A stretch of 64,000 nucleotides of DNA from Escherichia phage N2: sequence record ON645936.1. One strand, given 5' to 3'. Position 1 is the stretch's first letter, and each line of letters begins with the position of its first letter. The notes beneath the pieces are model-generated. The model ran no database searches, had not been told where the DNA came from, and worked only from the letters and a program-made list of their open reading frames with translations. Below, in pieces: positions 33,689 to 43,080 of the stretch. The position numbers and the translations under genes are program-made.

Positions 33689-35280
33689 TATTTTGTCCTG
33701 TAAACTAAATTTCCACAGTCCCAGATTCTTCTAAGACCATTTGCATAACAATTTTCTACTTCAGTTATTGTATCATCATAATTTTTAAGCTTGTTTTTAA
33801 GCTTATGTTTCATATAGCTTGAGCGGTGAAATACCTCTCCTTTATCGACGTACCAATAACATGGCTCAGAGATATGACTAAATTCCATGACAGAGTCATA
33901 AACATTTGATAATGTACTGCACCATCTTCGATTGCCATAAGATAGACAATTAATTCCTTTTAATAATTTTGAGGCTCCTCCTACAACACAAACCCCTAAT
34001 TTTGAACACATCCTTAAAAGTTCATCACCTGAGCTATATCTAGATTTACCGATAGAAATAATTTGAACTAACTCATTATTGTAATAAAGTCCTTTATACG
34101 TATGAGCTCCTGAGCAAAATCCTTGAAGATGATTCTTATTAATAAATTCTTTTGCCTCATCCTTATTAACAAACCGTGCTTTGCATTTTCGGGCTGGTAT
34201 TCTTTCTGATAATCCTAATTTATGCTTTATAATGGATTTCCAGATCTCTCTTTTTGTATCATCAATCCATTCATTTTCGAAGATGTGAAGTAATTGAATT
34301 CCTTGTGCTTCACACATCTCTGTCTTCATCAAATGATAAGTTTCTTTAATTTTATCTGTTTCCTTTGACCCGCTAGAATGCCAATAAATTCCATCGTATT
34401 CTATAGCCAATTTTTTCTCAGGAATGTAAATATCTAATTCATACGGAGGAATAATTTTTCTAGTTTCTACGCAATCAAATCCTAGATCTAAAATGAATTG
34501 CTCTATAGAACTTTGAGTATAATGAACGTCAATTAGTCCTTTGGATGAAAGAGCTCTATAAGCCGTCATCCGAGAACAATTTGCTAATTGTTGTAGTTCT
34601 TCTATAGAAATTTTGTAATTGATTTTATCTAGTATATCATGATTAATATGACCGTTATTTTTAATAGATTTTCCTATAGATGAATATAACGATGCCTTAT
34701 ATTCTTCAGTCCAATTTAATTTAGTCTTCTTAGATTTTTCGCGAGATTTTCTAGAATGCAGAATATCAACTGATTTACCGTTTTCTATAACTTTTCTCGC
34801 TTCTTTCACACTTTCTAATTGTGAATTATGCGTTACCCCATATCGTTCAATTAAAGTTTTTCTATTTTTATTTCTTGAAATTTTTTGATGAGTTGTTCCA
34901 TATTTTTCTAAAGAATTTTTGTGTTGAAGTTCAGACAAATATTTTTTATATTTTTCTTTTCCGCCAAAATTTGTATCACGGCTTTGAATTCTCTTATCCG
35001 CGAAAAATATCCCTGCGCAGGATTTACTACATGTTGCTGGAAATACACGTTTCTTTGCTGTTTTCAGAGAAATGAAATTTCCACAAACTGCACATTTTAG
35101 ATCGTTAATGTCAATGCCTTCCATAATTTGGAACACATTGAGCTTAAAATCTATTCCATCAGTTAGAAGAGCTTTATCTTCTTCTGTTAGTCTAGATTTA
35201 AGTTTTTCTTCTCCAAATGGAAGAAACTTTCCGTTTTTGTATATATTATCAAACATAGCGTTATTCTTAGTTAACCACAT
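33688..35280 (-). CDS. Multidomain nuclease-like protein at the mobE locus (Zn-finger, YGxTH repeats, HTH-like, Vsr/DUF559-like PD-(D/E)xK motif, unknown C-terminal domain)
   Basis: 530-aa ORF; CAVCGN...CSKSC; EKYGTTHQK/ERYGVTHNS repeats; PYELDIYIPEKKLAIEYDGIYWHS nuclease-like motif; TAATG-coupled to nrdB. Confidence 0.6.
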   Translation of the reverse strand: MWLTKNNAMFDNIYKNGKFLPFGEEKLKSRLTEEDKALLTDGIDFKLNVFQIMEGIDINDLKCAVCGNFISLKTAKKRVFPATCSKSCAGIFFADKRIQSRDTNFGGKEKYKKYLSELQHKNSLEKYGTTHQKISRNKNRKTLIERYGVTHNSQLESVKEARKVIENGKSVDILHSRKSREKSKKTKLNWTEEYKASLYSSIGKSIKNNGHINHDILDKINYKISIEELQQLANCSRMTAYRALSSKGLIDVHYTQSSIEQFILDLGFDCVETRKIIPPYELDIYIPEKKLAIEYDGIYWHSSGSKETDKIKETYHLMKTEMCEAQGIQLLHIFENEWIDDTKREIWKSIIKHKLGLSERIPARKCKARFVNKDEAKEFINKNHLQGFCSGAHTYKGLYYNNELVQIISIGKSRYSSGDELLRMCSKLGVCVVGGASKLLKGINCLSYGNRRWCSTLSNVYDSVMEFSHISEPCYWYVDKGEVFHRSSYMKHKLKNKLKNYDDTITEVENCYANGLRRIWDCGNLVYRTK

Positions 35281-35296
35281 CCTTGTGGTAATTATA

Positions 35297-37561
35297 TCAT
35301 AATTTACAGGATGAACAATCTTCAGCTTTTGGAGTTTCTATTTCGTAATCATCAGTACCGGAACCGTCGCGGGTATTATGATAATAGAAATTTTTTCCGC
35401 CAAAATACCAAAAATACAAAAGGTCATCAATCATTATTGACATTGGAACCTTTCCTTTTGGAAAAATCTGCGGGTCATAATATGTATTCGCTGAAGCTGA
35501 TTGACATACCCATTTCAACATAATAGCTACTTGCGTAAGATAAGGTTTATTACCTTTCTTAGCTAATTTCCACGTATAATCATAGAGGTCTATGTTATGC
35601 TCAATATTGGGCACGACTTGATTAAAGGAACCCTCTTTTGATTCTTTAACAGAGACTGGTCCACGTGGAGGCTCGATACCGTTTGTACTGTTAGAAACTT
35701 GGGAAGATGACTCACATGGCATAAGTGCTGATAATGTGCTATTACGGATGCCAAAGAGCTTAAGGTCTTCCCGCAGCGACGACCAGTCACAAACGTATTT
35801 TGGAGCTGCGATTTGGTCAATCTTTTTATTGTACCAGTCGATAGGTAATTCGCCTCGAGACCAACGAGTGTCTGAATAATATTCGCAAGGTCCTTTTTCT
35901 TTGGCGAGCTTAATGGATGCTTTAATGAGTCCATACTGTAATCTCTCAAATAGTTCATGTGTTAAATCGTTAGCATCTTCATAAGAAGCAAAGTTACTTG
36001 CCAGCCAAGCTGCATAGTTAGTAACACCTACACCGAGGTTACGACGCTTTTTAGCTTTTTCTGCTTCAGGAACTGGATATCCTTGGTAATCCAAAAGATT
36101 ATCAAGAGCACGAACTTGAACTTCTGCCAATTCATTAATTTTATCTTGGTCTTGCCAATCGAAGTTATCTAATACAAATGCGCTAAGGGTACACAATCCA
36201 ATTTCAGCATCAGGACTATTCACATCATTTGTTGGAATAGCAATTTCACAGCACAAGTTACTCTGACGAATAGGTGCCTTTTCACGAATAAACGGAGTAT
36301 AGTTATTCGTATTATCAATGAACTGCACATAAATCCTTGCTGTTCCTGAACGTTCAGTCATGAGCAATTCAAATAGTTCACGGGCTTTAATACGCTTTTT
36401 GCGAATATTAGGGTCTTTTTCTGCGGCTTCATACAATTCACGGAAACGGTCTTGGTCTTTAAAATAAGAATAATAAAGCTCGCCACCCATTTCGTGTGGA
36501 CTGAACAAAGTAATGTAGTCGTTCTTTCCAAAACGTTCCATCATCAAATCATTCAGTTGAACGCCATAATCCATATGACGGATACGGTTTTCTTCTACGC
36601 CTTTGTTATTTTTCAAAACGAGAAGATTTTCAACTTCCAAATGCCAAATAGGATAATAAGCAGTAGCAGCGCCGCCACGAATTCCGCCTTGTGAACATGA
36701 TTTAACAGCAGTCTGAAAATGTTTCCAAAAAGGAATAACGCCAGTATGACGCACTTCACCTGTGCCAATCTTAGAACCTTCGGCACGAATCATACCAACG
36801 TTAATACCAATTCCAGCGCGTTTGGAGATATATTCAACAATTGAAGCAGAAGCCTTATTGATAGACTTCAGCGAATCACCTGCTTCAATAACAACGCATG
36901 AACTAAACTGTCGAGTTGGAGTACGACAACCAGCCATAATAGGAGTTGGCAATGAAATCTGTCGAGTAGATACTGCTTCATAAAAACGGATAACGTGTTT
37001 TAATCTATCAACAGGTTCATCTTGATGCAATGCCATTCCAATAGTCATAAATGCAAACTGTGGAGTTTCATAAATTTGACCAGTGGTTTTATCTTTAACG
37101 AGATATTTTTCTTTTAATTGCATCGCCCCGGAATAAGTAAATTCCATATCCCGCTCGTGCTTAATTTTTGATTCTAAAAATGTAATTTCTTCTGCTGAAT
37201 ATTTTGACAATAATTCAGGGTCATATTTACCTTCATTTACACAGTAAGAAATATGGTCAATAAATGAACGGGGCTCATACTGTCCGTACACGTGTTTACG
37301 AAGAGCAAACATTAAACAGCGTGCAGCTACGTATTGATAATCAGGCTCTTCAACTGAAATAGAATTCGCAGCAGCCTTAATTACAATGGTTTGAATGTCA
37401 TCAGTGGTCATTCCATCACGGAGATATGATTTAATATTTTCATATAATTCATAAGGATCTACTGATGTTCCTTCAGCTGCCCAAGATAAAACTTTAATAA
37501 TTTTTTGTGGGTCAAAGCTCTGAGAAACACCACTACTTTTGATAACATTAATTAATTGCAT
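35297..37561 (-). CDS. nrdA: Ribonucleotide reductase alpha subunit NrdA
   Basis: Track ORF trimmed to MQLINVIKSSG... (755 aa) with GAGGA RBS; ATP-cone plus class I RNR catalytic core. Confidence 0.94.
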   Translation of the reverse strand: MQLINVIKSSGVSQSFDPQKIIKVLSWAAEGTSVDPYELYENIKSYLRDGMTTDDIQTIVIKAAANSISVEEPDYQYVAARCLMFALRKHVYGQYEPRSFIDHISYCVNEGKYDPELLSKYSAEEITFLESKIKHERDMEFTYSGAMQLKEKYLVKDKTTGQIYETPQFAFMTIGMALHQDEPVDRLKHVIRFYEAVSTRQISLPTPIMAGCRTPTRQFSSCVVIEAGDSLKSINKASASIVEYISKRAGIGINVGMIRAEGSKIGTGEVRHTGVIPFWKHFQTAVKSCSQGGIRGGAATAYYPIWHLEVENLLVLKNNKGVEENRIRHMDYGVQLNDLMMERFGKNDYITLFSPHEMGGELYYSYFKDQDRFRELYEAAEKDPNIRKKRIKARELFELLMTERSGTARIYVQFIDNTNNYTPFIREKAPIRQSNLCCEIAIPTNDVNSPDAEIGLCTLSAFVLDNFDWQDQDKINELAEVQVRALDNLLDYQGYPVPEAEKAKKRRNLGVGVTNYAAWLASNFASYEDANDLTHELFERLQYGLIKASIKLAKEKGPCEYYSDTRWSRGELPIDWYNKKIDQIAAPKYVCDWSSLREDLKLFGIRNSTLSALMPCESSSQVSNSTNGIEPPRGPVSVKESKEGSFNQVVPNIEHNIDLYDYTWKLAKKGNKPYLTQVAIMLKWVCQSASANTYYDPQIFPKGKVPMSIMIDDLLYFWYFGGKNFYYHNTRDGSGTDDYEIETPKAEDCSSCKL

Positions 37562-37586
37562 AAGTCCTCTGTAGTAAGTTACCCCA

Positions 37587-37594
37587 TATAAATA
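37587..37594 (+). promoter_or_regulatory. Late promoter TATAAATA driving the free-standing GIY-YIG endonuclease gene
   Basis: Exact TATAAATA 23 nt upstream of ATG, AGGAG RBS between; lies in the divergent gap next to nrdA start. Confidence 0.65.
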
Positions 37595-37616
37595 TAATTT
37601 TATATAGGAGAATATA

Positions 37617-38348
37617 ATGAAATCTGGAATATATGCTATTATAAACACTAAAACTAATAAGCACTATATAGGAAGTGCAATTAATTTTGAAGAACGATGG
37701 AAACGACACTTTAAAGATTTAGATAATGGAAATCATCATTCAATAAAGCTGCAGCGTTCTTATAATAAGCATGGTAAAGATGCTTTCGTATGTAAAATCA
37801 TAGAAGAACTTCCATACGAAAAATCTATCATTATTGAACGTGAAAATTATTGGATGCATGAATATGACTCAAAGGAAAATGGGTATAATATAGCAGACGC
37901 ATCGTTTGGGGATACCTTATCTCATCACCCAAGAAAGCAAGAAATCCTTAATAAAATTTCAAATGCAATTAAAAATAATAATTCAAAATTATCACCAGAA
38001 GAACTTAAGCAAAAACATGGTAGACCTAGAGACATCAAAGGTAAAACTATAGAAGAACACTATGGGTTAGATCGTGCTATAGAAATAAGCAAAAAGTTCC
38101 AAGAAAGAAACGCTGCACTTAATATGAAAGGCATCAATAATCCATATTACGGACAGACGCATACCAATGAAGTTAGAAAACGAATTTCTGACTCACAGAG
38201 AGGTAAAAAGAAACCCCATCTAAGAGTAAGTATAGATGGGGTAGAATATCCAACAATAGCAGAAGCTGTGCGTCAAACCGGAATAAGCAGAAAACTTATA
38301 TCTAAAAGATGCGCTCTAGATTGCTGGGAATCATATTTATACTGCTAA
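37617..38348 (+). CDS. Free-standing GIY-YIG homing endonuclease, I-TevI-like
   Basis: 243 aa; [10 protein letters not shown]...YIGSA...ERWKRHF...SIKLQRS...IIERENYW closely parallels I-TevI catalytic domain; NUMOD3-like [14 protein letters not shown]; C-terminal HTH-like tail. Confidence 0.85.
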   Translation: MKSGIYAIINTKTNKHYIGSAINFEERWKRHFKDLDNGNHHSIKLQRSYNKHGKDAFVCKIIEELPYEKSIIIERENYWMHEYDSKENGYNIADASFGDTLSHHPRKQEILNKISNAIKNNNSKLSPEELKQKHGRPRDIKGKTIEEHYGLDRAIEISKKFQERNAALNMKGINNPYYGQTHTNEVRKRISDSQRGKKKPHLRVSIDGVEYPTIAEAVRQTGISRKLISKRCALDCWESYLYC

Positions 38349-38582
38349 AGTTCTACATTCGTCATATTGTTTTTCCGTTAAAACAGTAATATCATAATAG
38401 CAATCAGAAGAAGTTTTAACTGTGGAAATTTTATTATCAAAATACTCACGAGTCATTTTATGAGTATAATATTTTTTGCCATAAATGATAATAGGCTGTT
38501 CTGGTCCTGGAACTTCTAACTCGCTTGGATTAGGAAGTGTAAAAAGAACGATACCAGAAGTATCTTTAAATCGTAAAATCAT
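38337..38582 (-). CDS. Hypothetical protein between td and nrdA
   Basis: Track ORF 38337..38594 trimmed to MILRFKD... start with GAGGA RBS; 3' end overlaps the GIY-YIG gene convergently. Confidence 0.4.
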   Translation of the reverse strand: MILRFKDTSGIVLFTLPNPSELEVPGPEQPIIIYGKKYYTHKMTREYFDNKISTVKTSSDCYYDITVLTEKQYDECRTLAV

Positions 38583-38605
38583 ATATCCTCGCAATTAAAT
38601 TAAAA

Positions 38606-38917
38606 TTATACCGCCATTTTTCCTTTCAAGACACCGTGGGACTGATAATCTTTGAGAACGAAATCTTTAGGCCTGAGTTTAAGAATGTATTCCAATTGTT
38701 CTTTAGTAGAAAGATAACGGAATTTATAAGGTAATCCGCCTATTACCAGTTCACAAAGCTCTTTAGATTCACGACGCAAAATTTCTTTACATTGTTCTAC
38801 GTGATTCATATAGATATGAGTATTACCACCAGAAAATATCAAATCTCCTGGAATAAGATTACACATCTTAGCTACAATATGAACTAACGCAGCATATGAT
38901 GCAATATTAAATGGAAG
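38606..38917 (-). CDS. td: Thymidylate synthase, exon 2
   Basis: LPFNIASYA... continues exon 1 ...DVFLG to give conserved TS motif DVFLGLPFNIASYA; 103 codons. Confidence 0.9.
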   Translation of the reverse strand, partial: LPFNIASYAALVHIVAKMCNLIPGDLIFSGGNTHIYMNHVEQCKEILRRESKELCELVIGGLPYKFRYLSTKEQLEYILKLRPKDFVLKDYQSHGVLKGKMAV

Positions 38918-39171
38918 CATTATGTTCAGATAAGGTCGTTAATCTTATCCCGGAATTATATCCAGCTGCATGTCACCATACAGATCAGACTATATCTCCA
39001 TCTTGATGAAGCAAGATGTCTATCGTTTCGAGTCACTTGACCCTACTCCCCAAAGGGATAGTCGTTAGGCATTTAGTTCAAAAGAACATTTAGCACGGGA
39101 TTGTCTACTAGAGAGGTTCCCCGTTTAGATAGATTACAAGTATAAGTCACCTTATACTCAGGCCTCAATTA
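38918..39171 (-). ncRNA. Group I self-splicing intron in td, ORF-less (254 nt)
   Basis: Begins UAAUUGAGGCCUGAGUAUAAGGUGACUUAUAC... and ends ...CUGAACAUAAUG like T4 td intron; splits TS between G183 and L184; short GUUC-UUUU-GAAC hairpin where T4 has I-TevI ORF. Confidence 0.85.
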
Positions 39172-39720
39172 ACCCAAGAACACGTCAACACTTCTTTGAT
39201 ACCACTGCAAATCCAAATAGCCATTACGCACATTAAACTGATAGAACATATGACAAGGCGGTAATGCCATTTGCTTGAGTTCAGCTGGATTCCATGCAGA
39301 AACAACTTGACGTCTATCATTTGGCAGTTTTTTAATACGATCAATAACTTCTACAATTTGGTCTACACCACCAAAATCACGCCACTGTTTTCCATAAATT
39401 GGACCAAGTTCACCACTATGATATCCTAAATCTTTTGCTTGATTTTCGTAATTTTCATCCCAGACTGTTTTGCCTTGAATTAATGAATCGTGTTGAATTA
39501 ATCGTAAATCATTGACATTTGTGCTTCCTGATAAAAACCAAAGTAGCTCAGCAATGCAAGCTTTCCAGGCGAGCTTCTTAGTTGTTACTGCAGGAAAACC
39601 TTTAGTTAAATCCCAGCGTAATTTAGTACCGAACAAAGCAATTGTTCCTGTGCCTGTTCGGTCATCAGTTTCATAGCCATTTTCAAAAATGTCTTTAATT
39701 AAATCTTGGTATTGTTTCAT
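39172..39720 (-). CDS. td: Thymidylate synthase, exon 1
   Basis: 183 codons MKQYQDLIKDIFENGY... with catalytic PPCH; in-frame UAA is first intron codon. Confidence 0.9.
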
Positions 39721-39765
39721 TTAGTACCTTATATAAATTATAATACATTTTATGAAGCTAAATAA

Positions 39766-40128
39766 TCAATACGGTTTAGCATCAAATTTTCTTTCGATTT
39801 CAGGAGTGAAATATAATTCTTTACCACGTTTGGAAAAACGACCAATAATATGATAATTATTCTCATCAAACGTGATATTGCCAATATCCATAGCTTTCAA
39901 CCAAATATCGATATTTCTATCTAGTTTTATATCAAAATTCCAATACGGAGAACTATTACCGAAAATACTGCAAGCGGATTCAGTGCAATAACTGCTGCTA
40001 TAAATCTTGTCTTTGGGAACTACTAATTGATAGACGCCTTTAATAAACTGAGGACCCTGCCATTTTGGTTGTTTCGCGTCTTTTTCTAATAGAATAGGGT
40101 AATAATTAAAGTTCATATTTTCCGCCAC
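39766..40128 (-). CDS. Hypothetical protein inserted between frd and td
   Basis: 120-aa ORF; no recognisable motif; occupies junction where T4 frd and td overlap. Confidence 0.5.
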   Translation of the reverse strand: MAENMNFNYYPILLEKDAKQPKWQGPQFIKGVYQLVVPKDKIYSSSYCTESACSIFGNSSPYWNFDIKLDRNIDIWLKAMDIGNITFDENNYHIIGRFSKRGKELYFTPEIERKFDAKPY

Positions 40129-40136
40129 GCGTTATT

Positions 40137-40963
<827 letters not shown>

Positions 40964-40973
40964 ATTATTTTCC

Positions 40974-41216
40974 TTAAACAGACTTTTTCACAATTTTCCA
41001 ATCAGCTTTAAACTGTTCAACGTCAGAATGGTAAATCCAGAATCCTGCGCTTTCTCCATCCTCATAAAGAGGGCATCCATCGCATTCATCTTCCCATCCC
41101 ATATCACGTAAAAGTTGTTCAGCTTTTTCAACGAGTTCAGAATCTTTACCGATGATATTAAAATACCATTTACCTCTAACTTCTGAATCTTTGATGCTCT
41201 GGCGTTGTAATCTCAT
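40974..41216 (-). CDS. Hypothetical protein
   Basis: 80-aa ORF downstream of early promoter unit at ~41235-41275. Confidence 0.45.
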   Translation of the reverse strand: MRLQRQSIKDSEVRGKWYFNIIGKDSELVEKAEQLLRDMGWEDECDGCPLYEDGESAGFWIYHSDVEQFKADWKIVKKSV

Positions 41217-41234
41217 TTTATTCTCCTTAGTTGA

Positions 41235-41275
41235 TAGGGTAATAGTATCACACTACTACCCTGTTGTAAACTACT
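41235..41275 (-). promoter_or_regulatory. T4-type early promoter, minus strand
   Basis: rc GTTTAC-N18-TACTAT upstream of ORF 40974..41216. Confidence 0.55.
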
Positions 41276-41651
41276 TTTTGAAAGTTTTTCGCAAAAGTTC
41301 AATGATTTCATCTACATTGTTTTCGTCTACAATGCAGTGAATTTTTGTTACGCCAGAAATCTTGTCTTCGACTTCATCTTCTTCAGAAGTCGGTTCTTTA
41401 TACTCACGAAAACAATGAAATTCGTCTTCGCAAATTTCTAAAAGTCTATCTTTGAGATAAAAATGCTTTCCATTTGCACATTCAATGTGTTTTACTGCTT
41501 TGTATCCATTGGCGACTGAAACTTCTTTAACTTCAAACCATCCGCCATTATCTCGAATAGCTTTAACTATTGATGAATTAGAACGTGGACTATAATTAAT
41601 AAATGTATCAATAAGTCTTGGAACAAGTTCATACTTTCTACCAGTATACAT
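41271..41651 (-). CDS. Hypothetical protein
   Basis: 126-aa ORF; hairpin terminator upstream. Confidence 0.45.
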   Translation of the reverse strand: MYTGRKYELVPRLIDTFINYSPRSNSSIVKAIRDNGGWFEVKEVSVANGYKAVKHIECANGKHFYLKDRLLEICEDEFHCFREYKEPTSEEDEVEDKISGVTKIHCIVDENNVDEIIELLRKTFKK

Positions 41652-41695
41652 TGCGTTTTCCTCATTTTAATAGGGGCTTGATAGCCCCTTGATAA

Positions 41696-41923
41696 TTACT
41701 GCTCAATAAATCCTGTGTAAAATTCTACATCTTCAGCATCCATACCGTCACAATATTCATTAACCATAAATTGTTTAAGACGATTTAAAGGACCTTCAAT
41801 AACAACTGAAACATTGCAATTAGGATCATTTAGTGCGCTTATGATACGGAGTTCAGGATAACGATTACAAATAATTTCTTCAATATATTCAAAATCAACA
41901 ACATCAATATCAATTTTAGCCAT
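41696..41923 (-). CDS. Hypothetical protein
   Basis: Track ORF 41696..42052 trimmed to MAKIDIDVV... (75 aa) because 5' part is a promoter/terminator cassette. Confidence 0.45.
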   Translation of the reverse strand: MAKIDIDVVDFEYIEEIICNRYPELRIISALNDPNCNVSVVIEGPLNRLKQFMVNEYCDGMDAEDVEFYTGFIEQ

Positions 41924-41964
41924 GTTATTTTCCTCTTTAATCATCATCAGCAGTATTGCCGATA

Positions 41965-42005
41965 GTTGTATAGTACCACAGTATGCTTTGGTTGTAAACC
42001 GTTTT
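41965..42005 (-). promoter_or_regulatory. T4-type early promoter, minus strand (in ~80-bp terminator-promoter cassette)
   Basis: rc GTTTAC-N18-TACTAT; immediately downstream of gene 32 terminator hairpin; cassette duplicated at ~58291-58370. Confidence 0.55.
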
Positions 42006-42029
42006 GTGAAAAAATTTTTGAAATAAAAA

Positions 42030-42055
42030 AAGGGGACCTCTAGGGTCCCCAATTA
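42030..42055 (-). terminator. Intrinsic terminator after gene 32
   Basis: GGGGACCC-UAGA-GGGUCCCC hairpin followed by U-run, then early promoter. Confidence 0.7.
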
Positions 42056-42072
42056 ATTAGTAATATAATCTA

Positions 42073-42981
42073 TTAAAGGTCATTCAAAAGGTCATCCAGG
42101 TCCGTGTCATCAGCACTAGATGAACTGCCAGAGCTTGAGCTCATAAAATCATCTTCAGTTTTTGTTTTGAAGTCATCAACATTGAATGCATCCAAATCAT
42201 CAGCAACTTTATCAGCTTTCTTAGCGGCAGTTGCTGCGGCACCACCCATAGCAGCAGTTCCCATAACTTGACTGAACTTAGTGCTCAGTTCTTCAAACGA
42301 TTTGAATTTATCTTTAGAAGTCATTTCAGAAAGGTCAACCATTTGTTCGAACAGTTCTTTCTGGAAAGATTCATCATCAATGTTTGGAATCGCAGATTGA
42401 TTCAGGAATTTAGATTCGTCGTAGTTACTAAAACCAGAAACTTGTTTAACTTTCAGTACAAAGTTAGCACCTTCCCACGGACAAGTTACATCAACCGGAG
42501 TTTCACCCATTTCAACATCAACTGCAATCATCGCGTTGATTTTATCCCAGATTTTCTTACCGAAACGGTATTTAAATACTTTACCTTCGTTTTCTGGAGC
42601 AGCTGGGTCTTTTACTACAAGAATGTTAGCCCAGTAAGAAGTTTTACGTTTAACAAGACTGTACTCTTTATTGTCAGTGTTGTACAGATCATTTTTACTG
42701 ATGTACTGACATACTGGACAAGAATCGTAATCACCGTAGGTAGATGAGCATGTTTCGATATACCATTTACCATTTTTCTTGAAACCGTGATTTACAAGAA
42801 GTGCGAATGGTGCTTGTTCATCATTTTTAGACGGAAGAAAACGAATTACTGCTTGACCGTTACCCGCATTATCGAGTTTCAGTTTCCACTCGCCTTTATC
42901 TTCAGAAGAAAAACCACCTTTATTTCCAGCCAGTTTAGCCATTTGCGCAGCGAGTTCAGCAGTAGATTTACGTTTAAACAT
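42073..42981 (-). CDS. 32: Single-stranded DNA-binding protein gp32
   Basis: 302 aa; [17 protein letters not shown]... N-terminus, zinc-binding H/C cluster, acidic Ser/Asp-rich C-terminus. Confidence 0.95.
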   Translation of the reverse strand: MFKRKSTAELAAQMAKLAGNKGGFSSEDKGEWKLKLDNAGNGQAVIRFLPSKNDEQAPFALLVNHGFKKNGKWYIETCSSTYGDYDSCPVCQYISKNDLYNTDNKEYSLVKRKTSYWANILVVKDPAAPENEGKVFKYRFGKKIWDKINAMIAVDVEMGETPVDVTCPWEGANFVLKVKQVSGFSNYDESKFLNQSAIPNIDDESFQKELFEQMVDLSEMTSKDKFKSFEELSTKFSQVMGTAAMGGAAATAAKKADKVADDLDAFNVDDFKTKTEDDFMSSSSGSSSSADDTDLDDLLNDL

Positions 42982-43075
42982 TTTTATTTCCTTTTTAATT
43001 TAATTAACAGTTGGTGCTATGACGATGTATGACCTCATAGCTGGTCAGTGAGATAATTATAATCTATTTATAATA
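42982..43075 (-). promoter_or_regulatory. Gene 32 leader: late promoter and translational operator/pseudoknot region
   Basis: TATAAATA on minus strand at ~43065-43072; GCUAUGAGGUCAUACAUCGUCAUAGCAC hairpin/pseudoknot-like element then A/U-rich unstructured stretch before AUG. Confidence 0.55.
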
Positions 43076-43080
43076 AGCAA

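Noticed and set aside
37562-37648. N-terminal extension of the nrdA track ORF ([10 protein letters not shown]...)
   Set aside because: The conserved NrdA N-terminus MQLINVIKSSG with a GAGGA RBS begins at 37561; the extension overlaps the divergent endonuclease promoter and start.
38918-39171. Considered that the short td intron is a laboratory delta-ORF construct
   Set aside because: The ORF site is a compact native-looking hairpin with no linker, other intron helices show compensatory substitutions, and the neighbouring endonuclease is diverged from I-TevI; natural origin is more likely, though an engineered background cannot be excluded from sequence alone.
41924-42052. 5' part of track ORF 41696..42052 ([15 protein letters not shown]...)
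   Set aside because: This stretch is the terminator plus early-promoter cassette translated in frame; the real start is MAKIDIDVV... at 41923.
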